Shown piece by piece: positions 14,180 to 28,544 of a DNA stretch of 64,000 bases. The number at the start of each line of letters is the position of its first letter. The first letter of the stretch is position 1. The stretch spans positions 12,834,001-12,898,000 of the forward strand of contig CM022679.1 in NCBI GenBank assembly GCA_012295275.1, in the 5' to 3' direction. The DNA is from Chrysomallon squamiferum. Its lineage: Eukaryota > Animalia > Mollusca. The notes below the pieces were generated by a model that saw only the letters and a list, made by a program, of their open reading frames with translations, made no database searches and had not been told where the DNA came from. The translations under genes were made by a program, and so were the position numbers.

Positions 14180-17100
14180 TTAATATTAATAATAACAGTA
14201 ATAATAACAGTAATAATAATAATAATAATAAATAAATAAAATGAAAGAAAAAAAAAAAAAAAAAAAAAAAAACTAGACAGCTATTTTAAATTTTTATCAC
14301 TTCTATAATATATACTATATGTTTATTACCATGGAAACATGTAACAATTCTTTTATCTGCTCTTGCTAAAATGTCTGGTCATGTTTCTGTGTTTAATCAA
14401 TGTTCTCACAATTACTGGTATTTCTCAGGGGCAATGGCCCATGTCAATCAGTCCATAAAACTGCAAGTTAATGTTTTCTCATTCATGCAGTGCACATAGC
14501 TTATTTTTTTTCTGTTTTGTTTTCTGTTTTTTTTTTTTTTAATATTTGAGCTGCAACTTTTGAATATTATTCTTTGAAGATAAAAAAATGTACTCAATAA
14601 ATGAATATTATATATATATATATATATATATTTTTAAATAAAAAATAGTAATGAAAATAGTAAATGATGAAAGTGATAATGATGATAATCATAATACTAA
14701 TGAAAATAATGATATCAATATTACTAAAATGAACTAATTAATTTAAATAATTCAAGGATTTATTTATTACTGGAACCCTCTGTAACAAACCTGTGTGTAA
14801 ATTATTGATTTTAAAAATAGATAGGCCCACCTGTTTCATTATTAATTACTTTTAAACTATAAATCAACATAAATGCTATAAAGACTAAAAGCACAAATTT
14901 GTTTTAAACTGATTTTTATTGTAATTATTTGTTTTTATTTGATAATGCATACATGGAATATTTACTGTTCATCTATTTACCTATTTAATAACTCTTTCAA
15001 AGCAATTTATATTTTTTTACTTAAAATTCTAAGAACATTTTGTAGAACTCAAAACTTCAAAAATGCAAACTGCTAAAACCTTTTTTTTCTAGTAAAAATA
15101 GTAAAAAAAAAAAATAAAAAAAAAGAAACATTAAAAAGAAACTTAAAAAGATTTGCTCAAAACTTTTGAATATTAAAAATAGAAATCACTGCTAATGGAA
15201 ATTAGGGAGGTAAAGCAGAAAAAACAAACAAGCAACCTACTTTTTACACAAAAACCCTATATTTGCCAGTAGAGTGTAAATTGTTGTGGGAGGTGAAGGG
15301 AACAGCCAGCAGCTAATGTAAACAAAAATACTCGACTGCAGGTCAAACAGTGGTTGTGATTTAACAGAGACAGACTGTTTGTGATGATTGCTGCATATAG
15401 CTACTGATGTTTACTATCGTTTGGCCATGGTTATAATTAGCCTCAGTATTCTATCTGGAAACAGGTATAACAAAATTTCCATACTTAAGATACTGTGTTG
15501 TGCCCACAAATATTGGCATGTTTTACAAATTAACAAACAACATTTTAAATTAGGTCCACAGAATCAGAATACTTGTTCCCTGTATTGCTGAATTTTCCAG
15601 TTTACTGGAGCAAGTCATTCCCTCCAGCAAGTTATAAAATATTTACATCCAGTTATACTGCAGTATCTGTTAAGAGTATTTCACATGCGTTACAAATTGA
15701 GAAATACATTTTAAAACTATATCCACAGACATCATAATGCTTCTTCCCTATGAAGATGAATTTTCCAGCTTATGGGAACAAGTCATATCCTCCAGTAAAT
15801 TATAGTATTTTCACATACAGTTGAACTACAGTGTCTGTTAAGAGTATTTATTTACATGTATTACAAATTAAGAAAGAAAACTTGAAATCAGACCTGCAGA
15901 CTTCAAAATGCTTAATTTTGTTGCTTGTTTCCTTTATAGCTAAATTTTCCAGCTTATGGGAGCAAGTTGTTCGATCCAGTAAAATTATGATATACATTAC
16001 ACTTAATTATACTGCTGTGTTTATTTACCTGTAATACACATCAACAAAGAAAACTTTAAATCAGACCTTAAGATACTTATTGAGTTATTCCCTAAAAAGC
16101 TTATGGAAACAAGTTACTCTTGGCTGTGAGTTATAGTTTTTACAATACCAATTAAAACTCTGAACTTTAAATCACTCGATGTCCAGAGGCCTGGAAATTA
16201 GACTACAAAATATTTGCTCCCTAAACTTCTGAATTTTGCAGTCTACAGTAGCAATGTTACAAAACTTTGAATCTATGTTTGACATGCTAGGATACATTTT
16301 AAATACTGATGGACAGGTTGTCTGAGATTGACCTACAGGAGCAAATTACAAACATTGAATGTCAACCTGTTTCAGTCAAGCTATAAATGACAAGTGACAA
16401 AAATTAAGATAATAAATAATATGGGAACTCATATTTTTAGTGCAAATGGAAAATGTTTTAGCCACTGGTGCATGTTGATTTCAAAACCTGTCCAGTAATG
16501 TTGTAAATGTGTATCACAGCTTCAGTTGATGTTTGAACTAATCCAGTTAAGGTACTGTACTGAGGTATTTCCTGTTCCAGTCATAGATGGTACATGAAAC
16601 TACTTGGATTAAGTGCTCAATAATAAAGTAGAGGAAACTCCACATAAAAATTAAAATTTCCTTTAGCCTTTTTCTGATAAAACGACAGTGTATTCTCAAA
16701 TCAATAATGACAAATACTGAATTTGTAATGTATGGTGTCCAATAACACATTATTTCTGTTGGCATTTGACAAAAAACATGTCTGAAGTCAAATTTAACAC
16801 ATCTGTTACATGAAATCTCAGACCATAATTTACTAACATGTGGCTTTTTTTATTTGGAGATGTCTGAAATTAACCTTGTAACACTGCTAAAAAACCTAAA
16901 TCTATATAATAAAAATATTTTTTCAGTAACATATTTTAATATGAATTATTTATTATTATTATTATTATTAATTTTAATTTTTTCTGAATCAATTTCTGAA
17001 GCTGAATGAAAATAATAAAAAAAAAAATAAATAAATAAAACATTTTTAAAATAAAATTATTTGCATTAATCTACATTTATCTCTCTTGACATGTTTTAAT

Positions 17101-18159
17101 GTTTAAGGATTAATTCCACATGATGATTCAGAAACTAAAATAAAATTTATAAAATAAAAATAATATATATATTTACCTAAAATATTGTCATGTCTCAACA
17201 AGACAGTCTGGTACAGCTCAGTCTCTCTGAACCAGCTTGCTTCCTCTGTGGTGAAGAAAATCTTAACTGCAATATTTTCACCTCTCCACTTCCCTTTCCA
17301 CACTTCCCCATATCTGCCTTTTCCAATGCTTTTCACTAGATGTATCTGTTTGGCTATGGTTCGCTGTACCTGAAGATAAAAATTAAAATCAAAGTTTAAT
17401 AATTAATTACCAGTGAACATGATGATATTCACTACAAAGATGTACCTCCACAAAGACTGTTTTGTGGTTAGCAGAGATTGAAAGCTGAGTAATAGTATTT
17501 CCTTGAAGCACTGTGAGAATACAGTGGGGAAATAAATACCATAAAATGCTTATAACTTCACTACACAGTTCATAACATCAGTACTTACATGACCAGTATA
17601 TAACTCAATTTTTTTTTATATCAGCTTATTTATTTATCCATACATACATATTCTTCACACACACACACACACACACACACATTTTATCCTAATGTAATTA
17701 TCAAATCATTTTTTCTTTTTTCTGTCAAATGAAGAAAACAAGAATAAATAAAATAAAATAAATAAAAAACACAAAATATGTTGAGAACTTACCAACAAAG
17801 GCAGACCAGACCCACTGCCTGATGACTGTGACTGTTCAATGAGGTCATTAATGGTCTCCCCTGGGACAATAAACGTCTCATTCTCAGCCTCTTCGAGAAT
17901 CTGTTCTCTCTCCATCTCTCGCTTTCTATACCTGCATTAGAAATTTGAAAATTATAATAGATATAGTGTTTTATTATAAGCAGTTAAGATAATAATAATA
18001 ATAAAATTATTAAAGGAAAATAAATGAGAAAAATTTACAAACAGATAATAATAACAGGTATTAAATAAATTTAATTTTTTTTTTTTTTTTTTTAAATTCT
18101 TTAAATAACAAAAAATAAATTTTCAGGTACAAAGATATTCTTTTCAAATACATCATCCA

Positions 18160-18194
<35 letters not shown>

Positions 18195-20044
18195 TGCTAG
18201 CAACTATAACCAATCTGAATTAGATTTCATATCAAGATAATAAAACAAAACTAATATTAAACTGACACTGACAATAGTTCAATTTCACTAATAATATTAC
18301 ATATTGTAGTGTTATTTATTTTATTTTTTAAATTTAATTAAAGAACAGTTAAATAAAACTTGCCTGAGGTAGACAAAAGTGACAGTAATGATGAGAATAA
18401 CGAGACACACAGTCACTGATATCAGGAGAGCCATGTGTGTAATACCATCGTATTTAACTGGCCTGCTACTCTCTGAAACATAATTTTTAACAATCCAGGT
18501 AAATTAAACAATGAACAGGTTAAGATGTGTACAAATGTGTTATAAACTGTGTGTATTTGTGCATTCACAAGTTGCCAGTACAGAATATTTGCAGTTCCAA
18601 ATTCTAAAATGATCAATGCATAAATCTCTGTGTATGTGTATGTATTTTAATAAATAACAATATACAGTATTTGCTATTCAAAAAAACGCTCATCTCTACA
18701 AATCCACACCATCAAAAATAAATAAATAAATAAATAAAAACAACTGCAACATTTAAGGATCATGTTTTCATACAAATAATTAAGTTAATTTGTTAGCTAC
18801 TTTATCAAATGTTCTCCATGTCTACTTTGTGTCTGTTTGTACACTCTGAATTTTTTCAGTTTAGTTAACCGAATACATAAACTGTAATACCAGTAAAAAT
18901 AATTTTGTTATTCCATTCAAAGTAACTCAAATAAATGTAGTAATAAAAATGTCTGTAATCTATATGGGACACTGTAACAATTGCTGTTTCAATTTTTCTG
19001 CTGAAGTAATAACAACTGTATGTATAATAATGTATGTATCAACTGTTGATTCATGTTTGTGTTTATTTAGTTTTATATTGTTATTGTTTAAATTCATGTA
19101 GAAAAGCATACATAAACCAGAAACGTTATCTGAATTCAATAATCAGAATAAATGACACATGCTTGTTTAGCAGGTAGACATGTTTTTTCAAATACTTAAC
19201 AACTTATTGAACTTATTTTTTGTTACAAGCTTTGTTCAGAGGTATATTATTATACTGATGTAGATATTTTTAACAAAATTCTTTTTTTCATTAACAACGT
19301 AATAAAAAAAAAATTTAATAATAATAAAAGAACAAAATCAAAATTAAATCACTGTTTGTTAAATGAAACTAACAATTTGTTCCTGAGTGATTATTAAGTA
19401 TAAAACATTTTTATGATGTTAATGTCGAACAGAAAATCTGATTATGGGAAACTTAATGGAATGTTTTTATGTACTGACCAAATGGATGGAAAGGGAAAAG
19501 CAAATTACCTGGAAGTTCGGTTGTAGTCCTCTCTACATAAGTTGGTGTAAGATCTTTGTTGCAGCCATTTGTATCATCACAGCATGCAATAGCCTTGATT
19601 GTTTCATGAGGAACCAGGTTTCCTTTACACTGGAATACAAATAGAAACTGTTCATCACAAGCATCAAAAATAGAATTAAATTTAAAAAAAAAAATTAAAA
19701 ATTTGTAATAATAAAAAATAAAAATAAAAAATAAATGAAACAATTAAAAAAACAAAAAAAAAAATTAAAAATAATTTTAAAAGAATAATAAAAAATTCTG
19801 TAAGCTATTGGGGGGCCCTGACATCATTCAACAAATGTTTCAGACTATTAATGATAATATCAGTAACGTTTAAGATGATATATGAGTGCTGTGATAATGT
19901 ACAGCATGTTGGGTTATTGCTTGAGAACATGTTACATAAAATATGGACATGAGGTAACAGATGCGTGTGAATGAGAACTGCTAATAGTATGTTTTATTTT
20001 TAGGTTTAATAATACAATTTACAATAATATAATACATTTATATG

Positions 20045-20085
<41 letters not shown>

Positions 20086-21933
20086 TTAAAATTCCTCTTA
20101 AACACTATAATATATTACAAATATTATTTTTTCTTCCTGTTAAAACACTATTTCTAGCTTTGTTCTGTTACCTCACTTACAACTTCAGGAAAAAAGCAAA
20201 AACAAATTTTTCACACTACTGTTATGATCATTTAAACTAAAAACATATTTGTAATACTTCATTATGTGATTTCTTCATTTTACAAATAATCACACATTTT
20301 GATTGAGTATCTGTATAAATATGCATTTTATAAATCCTTATATAAATTGGTATATATGTTGGTATCTTATTAGATTCATTCATTTTATGGGATATTATGG
20401 AGTATGTGACTGTTGTTTAGTCCAAGAATAACTGTAAAATAAATCTTTAGTTGATAAGCTTTAATATAGAAATGAATTTAATGAATGTTTAATGATACTT
20501 CAACTATCAGGTATCACACACAGGTAAAAATATATGTGTGATTAAATAAATCTATAAAGAAAATATATATCACAATTATTACTCTATATAAATGAATAAA
20601 TAAATTTCCATTTAAAATACAGAGAATGTTGCTGCTTTGTGTAACTGTTATCGCAGACAGATTCATTTTCAAAGAATTATTTTTCAAAAACTGTCAACAC
20701 AATTTAATGAATTTGTAATGTAAATAAATAAAATATTTCCATTTAAAATCTATATTGCTGTTTTACATAACTTATCAGAGACAAGCCATTTTACAATTTA
20801 GAAATTTTAATAATAATAATAATATGTTAAATGGTGAGAACGTTCCTACATATAGACATCTAGACAATTTCAACCTGTAATAGTTTTACTTTTCAACAAA
20901 CCAGCTATTTATTATGGCTTTATTGCACAAAGACGATACTTGCTAACAATTATACTATAACAATGCATACAAAGACGGTACAAGCTGTCCTGCACCTGTT
21001 ATTTAAATTGCCTTAACAGACAACCACAAAATACAAATGAATATAGTTGCTTGTCACGGATGACTGAATTGATGTTAAAAGGCATTCCTGCTGATTTTTC
21101 TTTACATTTAAGTCATAAAATAGGAAATAATATGCTGTACCTTTCAAGTGTTAGATGACAAATATATGCTAATGGCATGTACAAACTGTTACTGCAAAGA
21201 ATGAGGGGAAAAAAAAAAATAATAATAAAGATAAAAGTTTGAAGTAACAATTATTTCATTTACAAAAAGTTAAAGAAATTTTTGTTTGCTATTTTCTGTT
21301 CTTTCATTTTTTCCTTCTCTTTAATTTAACAATGTCATAAAAGAATCAGAAAAACAAGCAAGGACAGAAACAAGGTAAACATTTTTTTTTTTTGTTACAC
21401 ACACACATATATTAAACAAATAATAATAATAATTAATAAATAAATAAAAATATGTACAAAGTAAAACAGGATATAAATATATATAAATTACTAATTTATA
21501 TTTATTTTAACAATGACTATTAAATTAAAAAAAAAAAAAATAGCTCTACCTCTGTATACTTTATTAAAAGTCAAACAAGTATGACATAAGAGGAATGATA
21601 TTGCCAAAATCACCACTTCATGGCTATTTTTACTGATTAACAACAGCAAGAGATCTTTTTTTTTGTACAGATTCCCACAGACAAGAAAACACTTATCATG
21701 ACCTGTGATAAACCAGTTTGAATGGGAAATACATCAAAGAAGGATTGATCTAATGACCTATCACACCTCACTGCTTACGAAAACAAAACATTAAAAATAT
21801 ATTGACAAAGCTGTAAATATAACAATCAGAGTTATCTACAGTATCTTTTATACACATTGTGTATATACAGGTGCATGTATAGTTGTAATAAATACCCAAA
21901 AGATCAAAGTGGGTAAACTATTCCTTAAACAAG

Positions 21934-22011
<78 letters not shown>

Positions 22012-25000
22012 AGAAAAGTAGTAACTGTCTAGATATTTGTGAAACTGTTAATATAACAGACATATGACTTGTTCAACTCCACACATTCAAAGGCTGGCCA
22101 ACTGAGTGGCTGTTTGTTTCCCCACCTACAGATAACATACACACTCACACACACTGTAACACGATAGACACTTGAATTTGTGTATATTAAATTTCTCACT
22201 GGTCCTTGTGTATTTGCTAACTGACAGTTTTTATGGTTCTGGCAAGGAAATGCAGTCCGTTTGGCACCACCAGTCTGGATGTGATAATTACAGTGACTCG
22301 CTTGTCTATCAGACCAACATCTAAGCAGAGATGACATTTTAAAACTTTATTATCCCACTGAAATCCTGTGATACTGAAAGGAAGGATTTATGTCAGGCCA
22401 GTGAAAATAAAATACATGTTGATGGTGGTGCACATTGGAACCAGGTCATATAAAATGAAAATATGTGTTTAAGAGGAACTTAAGAGGAACATATCCTTTA
22501 TTTGAAATGAAATACATGTATATTAGATTGGTTAACAGTGATAGAAAAGCAAAATAGGCCAGATACCATGATGTTTTTGTTAGAAGACCTGGTGGTATGA
22601 ACTTACAAATACAAAGTTTAGTAATGGTCTGATACAAAATAATTGTCTGAAGAATAAATAATAATTACATAACAGAATCAATTCACAAACTGTTTGTCTA
22701 GAGCAGTAGATCCTTTATTGATAATAAAAGATTTTACTACTTACCTCACAAAACAAATTTTTATGACTGAATGTGTCTGTGTATAGATTAATTAAACATA
22801 AAAACCAGAATGTTAAGCGTTGTCTTTTATAAATAAATAAATAAGTGAATGAATGAATAAATAAAAGGAATAAAGGAATAAATAAAAGGAATAAATGAAT
22901 AAACAAATTATTAAACACATATAAAATACCACATTTAGCCTTCTATATATATATGAAATTTACCAACACATAAATTATATGCATATTTATAGAAAATACT
23001 TTGTAACAGAAGTATGATTTATGAAGCTTTGGGGAAGCCCAAATCACAGAACTATCTCACTTTCAAGTTGCCCTTGTCGTTCAAGCTAGTTAGACTGTCA
23101 AAGGTTTTTTTTTTTTTTTAAAGAAGTTTACCAGGATGGCTTTGGTGACTTGAATATATCCATGGTTCACAAGGCCAGATATGTGATTATATTCTGAGAT
23201 TCTATTAAGGATAGCTAGTGATCTGTTACTGATACAAATTTATCAGGACACACCTCTGAACAGATCACTGAAAGAAAATAAAGTGCTCACCATGGTGTGG
23301 TTAATTCTTTCACAAAAATAAATTTTCACAGAATATGGCAGAATACCTTTAGGTTCAAATTTGGAATTAAAAAAATAATAATAGAAATAAAAAATAACAT
23401 TTGGGCTACATTTTCAAAAGTGATCAAAAAGATAATGGGATGGAAAAACATTCCCTCACATAATCACAATTTCAGAAAGAAAAAAAAAAAAAGAAAGTTT
23501 TAAAACTGGAAAAGAAAGTAAACTGCCCACCTTTCCACCAAAAATATCATGTTTTCGAGTATGTTGTATATCTGACAAATAATGAAATAAAGAAAATATA
23601 CATTCATTTTGAAAAATTAAAAAATATACATTAATTCTCTCCTGCAGATTAAACATTAAGCAACACTATATAAACCTGTAGAGCTTGTAACTTGATTTTT
23701 TAAATATGTAACCTAATATTTGCAATAACACAACTCTTGTTATAAATCAGTTCTGTGCCACATGAAAAATACAACTTGACAACAAGTATTGTTAAACAAA
23801 CAAAAATCAAATAACACTGAATTTTGTTTATGTAATGTGATACATGTAAGTTAATTAAAATCTAAACATGTAAACCTAATATTAATAAACAAGTTAAATA
23901 AATAAATAAATTTAACAAAGCAAAACATAAAAAACTGTTCATCTTGTTTTCTTGGTTTTTTTTATTTATTTATATAATAAATAGGAAATCAACACCATTA
24001 CCTGACACCCAGACAATAACAATATCAAAAAAAAAAAAAATATATCAAAATTTGAAAACATAGAACTCTGTTGCAATATAACACTTGAAAAATTTATTTT
24101 AAAAAAAATAAATAAATAAATAAATAAATAAAAAAGGTTTTTCAGATATAATAGTTTATGAATAATCAAATATATGTTAAATAGCATTATTTTATTTGAT
24201 CTTTGAAATCTGCAGTTTCTGTAAATTCAGAACTGTTGCATTATTATTAAATGTGTTGTTGTTGTTAAAAAAATAATCCACAAAATACATGTTTGTAACA
24301 ATATAAGCTGCATTGGATTGTTACTTAGCTACCGTAACACTTACATGTTCAAACTAATAAAAAACTGGTAATTGAAACACTAACAGATTATTCACAATGA
24401 CAGAGATTAAGAAGGGTCACTGATATTGAAAATCTCCTTTGCAAAATTATAATCTCCAACTGTATGTACTAGCTGACTTATTTATGGCAATTTAATTTTT
24501 AATTTCACTATATATTAGTCATATTATGTATCTTTTTCCCCTTTCAGGTTTTGAAAAATTTCTAAATCCGACTTCAATGGTGTTTGTTTTTCCTTTCTTA
24601 AAGTTTTTTTTAATTTATCAGGTTTATGTAACACACATTGAACAAGTCTCCATATAAATGAGTAAGAAACCAGTGTAGCTACAAACATACATATTTTATG
24701 TGTTTTATCAAATAAACAAGAAAGTGCAAACTGGATTAACAACACCTTTAAACAATCTAACAGATTTCAGAGAACGTGTATTAAAATAACATAAATGTGC
24801 AATGTGCTATCAAAGCCAATAAACATCATTTACAAAATGTAACTATGCTTATGATAACAGATTAATGTTGAAATGGTTATAAATTCAGGACATTTATTGG
24901 TTCAGGCTTTGGTTAGAAGGAATTAAAACACATTAAAAATAAAAACCTGTATATATATATATTATTATTATTATTTTTAATATTATAACTTATTTTTATA

Positions 25001-25347
25001 AGAATAAAATATTATATAGATACAAAACAAAAAACAGCAACAATATCAACATAAAACATTTTAAAAAAATTACTAAAAAAAATGATAAAAATTCAGAAAA
25101 GAAAACTCAGACAAACAACAAATTTCAGTGGACACAATAGTAACATGCAACAAATTGCTACACCATATCTCTCAGTACGTAACACATCACTGCCTGTGAT
25201 ATAACTGATGATAACTGTTTTTGTAATTGTATCCAGTTATGTTATATGCCTTCAAATGCAGCTCAGCATACATTAAATATTAACAGCTAGTTTTAGAAAA
25301 AGATAAAAACATGCTACTGAAAATACAGATTCATTATAATAATTTAT

Positions 25348-25382
<35 letters not shown>

Positions 25383-25674
25383 TAGAAAGAAGAAACTTCT
25401 AATGATTAATTTGGAGACAGATGTCCAAAATGGGAAATCCACTAAATCAACCACAATCATTAAAACATATCTAACTAATACTTAATACCCATATATCACA
25501 TTTGTAATACATATGCCTACATAATGTTATATTTATTTGTTGGGCATTCAAAAAAAGTATTTTTGTTTGCAATAATCAGTTTCTGTTTCTGTCATGCCTT
25601 GAAAAATCATCAGTAAATCAACAGTGTTACACAGTGAGGTGTGATATCAAATGAATTAATCAGCCATGGTAGTG

Positions 25675-25722
<48 letters not shown>

Positions 25723-28503
25723 AACACACATACATACATACACAAATACAAACACACAAATATAAATAAAAAGGTTTGTTTTTCTAAAAAGAAAGAAGTT
25801 TAGACTGTTACCATTCCAAGAGCTATTCTTACTAACAGCCATTATGACACATCACAATACAAAACTTGTATCACTGTAACAGAACTAGACAATCAAGCAA
25901 TAGCCAGTACAAAATAAAGTAGAATATATTAATGAAAATTAAGAAAAAGAAGAAAAAGAAAACAAACAATAAGAAAACAGTAGTATAAAAAAGAAATACA
26001 CAAAGAAGGGCTTGATTCTGTATTTCATTCAAAGTGAATCAACAGGTGTGTCGTATAGACGTACACAGCTTATGTTTGATAGGCTTGGTCAGCACAGTGC
26101 TCAGATTACAAGATTTACAACCAATTCTCGCAAGTTCTAAACAACAGTACAGAGCTTAGACTTACATTCTGAAACAACGTTTAAGACTTATAATGATATA
26201 TGCTAATTATTAATCAAATTCTAATATAACAACTGGACTTATTAGAACTGAAATATACATGTAGGCCTATATTATGCTGAACTGTCTCACACACACACAT
26301 ATTATCTCTTCAAATTATCATCACAGTAAAACATGATGGTGAGAAAGAGATTTATATTATAATTACATTAAATTATAGTTTTTCAGTTTGCTTAAAAGAC
26401 ATATGTTGTTAACAATTATAAATTCTCATTTGAAAATCAGACTTTTAACTCATTTTAAGTGTGTACAACAAAAATTTTATTCAACAGATTGTGCCAAATA
26501 ACTAAGAAAAAAATAAGTGTATTAGGTAAGATGTCTTTTGTAAGATATTTTTCTATGAATGGAACTGAAATACAATGCATTTAAATATATTTTATATTTT
26601 AGTACTGATTAAAAATGATATCATCTGGCTAAGAAGAACAGGACAAGAATCCATAATTCAAAAGTTCAGGGAACATCATAGATGCACATTATTTATCAAA
26701 CAGATTGATTCTAATATTAAATGGAAAATTAATTTTATCAAAAGACACACATAGATATAAAAAATGATATAATGTCTGTTATTTTAACATTCTGAAATCA
26801 TTAGAAGACATGATTATACAAAACTGTGGTTTTTCTGGATGTGCTATATATTTTAAAATCAGATGACATAGTAAATTATTGAAAATCTATCAGTTCTGAT
26901 TGTACTACCAACCAAGACTTTACTGGGTGTTTAATTCTTTTTTAAATCCAAGATACTCTCACAAATGTAATAATAATGCCAAATTCATCTCTTGTATGTA
27001 CATGTATATTAAATTAAAACACAGATGCCTCTTTATCCTACAGTAAACAATGAAAGTATCCATTTCATCCTGAGCTGACACAGAATGCAAATATCGGACT
27101 GAACTTCAAAGTGACTGACACATCTATACATTCACTGATGACAAGCACCATATTCAACAGGACTGACCAATGACAATTTCATGACACAAACACGACAAGG
27201 AAATGTCAAAACATGGAATTCAATCACCGTGTGACTTTTAATATAAGTCAATTGATCAGAGCAAAACAATATCTGGGTAATCTGCTTGCATTTCAGTGCA
27301 AGAGAAAAAAAAAAAAAAAAAAAAATATATATAGTGTTTTATGGAAACATTCAGCTGAACTGAATTCAATAGTAGAAAACTAAAATGATAACTGTTAGTA
27401 GAGGTTATAATGATGGATGTACCTGCATGATGGTGCTCTCCTCGGGTGGCAGGCATCCATATTCCCAGACTTCGATAATCTCATCTTCTGTGTCTGACAC
27501 TGACACTGCTGCGTAACACTTGCTGCCAGGCTCTGCTGTACATGTTGAGTTTACAGTAAAATCAGGACATGGGTCACAGTAACATTCTAATCCTAATCCT
27601 GAAATAACAAATTAAAACAAAAATATTTTAAAAGATTTATTATACAGTGAATAATGATATTGCCCATATCATATTGGTAATAAATAAATATAAATGTCAT
27701 CATATTGGGTTGGAAACAAAAGATCATAGCACTGTACAAGTGAAATATCTGGTTATTTGTATATTGATATTTTCAACCACATGTGCCATTTTTGTTCTCC
27801 TTTCTGAATCTATATATGTCACATGTTTCAGTCGAGTGTGAAATGAAATTATCTGCTCAAATGCCTCCTTCTGCAAACTTTGCTATGAACCTTTATTCTA
27901 ATCCAATAAAATTAATGACTGATTGTATCAAATGTGATTTTATATATATATACAAACACAGTTATTTATATATATACATATATATATATATATAAAACAT
28001 TTCAAGAAAGGAAACCTGATGCTGCAGTTCTGAATGTTACTCTTATCTCTTATTTATTTATTAAAATGGTATCTTTTAAAAGCAGTCCCATAAACATTGT
28101 AAAACATAACAGTTAACAATGCTTTCGAAACACCTGTGATGACATGTGTTACCACATGAAATAAATCTTGGGCTGCACTGTTAATCGCTTGTGCCGTTTT
28201 ACAATATTTTATAGAAGAAACCCTGTCCTCTACCTATTCCATGTCATGTTAGATGATGTCTGAAAATATTTGTTAATAATGATGTTGCTTCATTTTGGGG
28301 GTTTTGGGGGTTTTTGTGTTGCTTTGTTGTTTTCCCCAAAAGTTTTAATGATATAGTAAAGGTTTATGAATTAAATATATTATTATTAATCCATTTCAAA
28401 TTTATACATTCATGCAAATTCTGGACAAATAAAGTAAAAAAAAAAATATATATATATATATATTAAATAAATAGAGATAGATAGATTGATAAATAGATAT
28501 TGA

Positions 28504-28544
<41 letters not shown>

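Noticed and set aside
22191-22408. Possible MITE bounded by imperfect inverted repeats (ATTTCTCACTGGTCCT ... AGGCCAGTGAAAAT)
   Set aside because: The repeats are short and gapped, with no clear target-site duplication. It cannot be supported without a repeat search.
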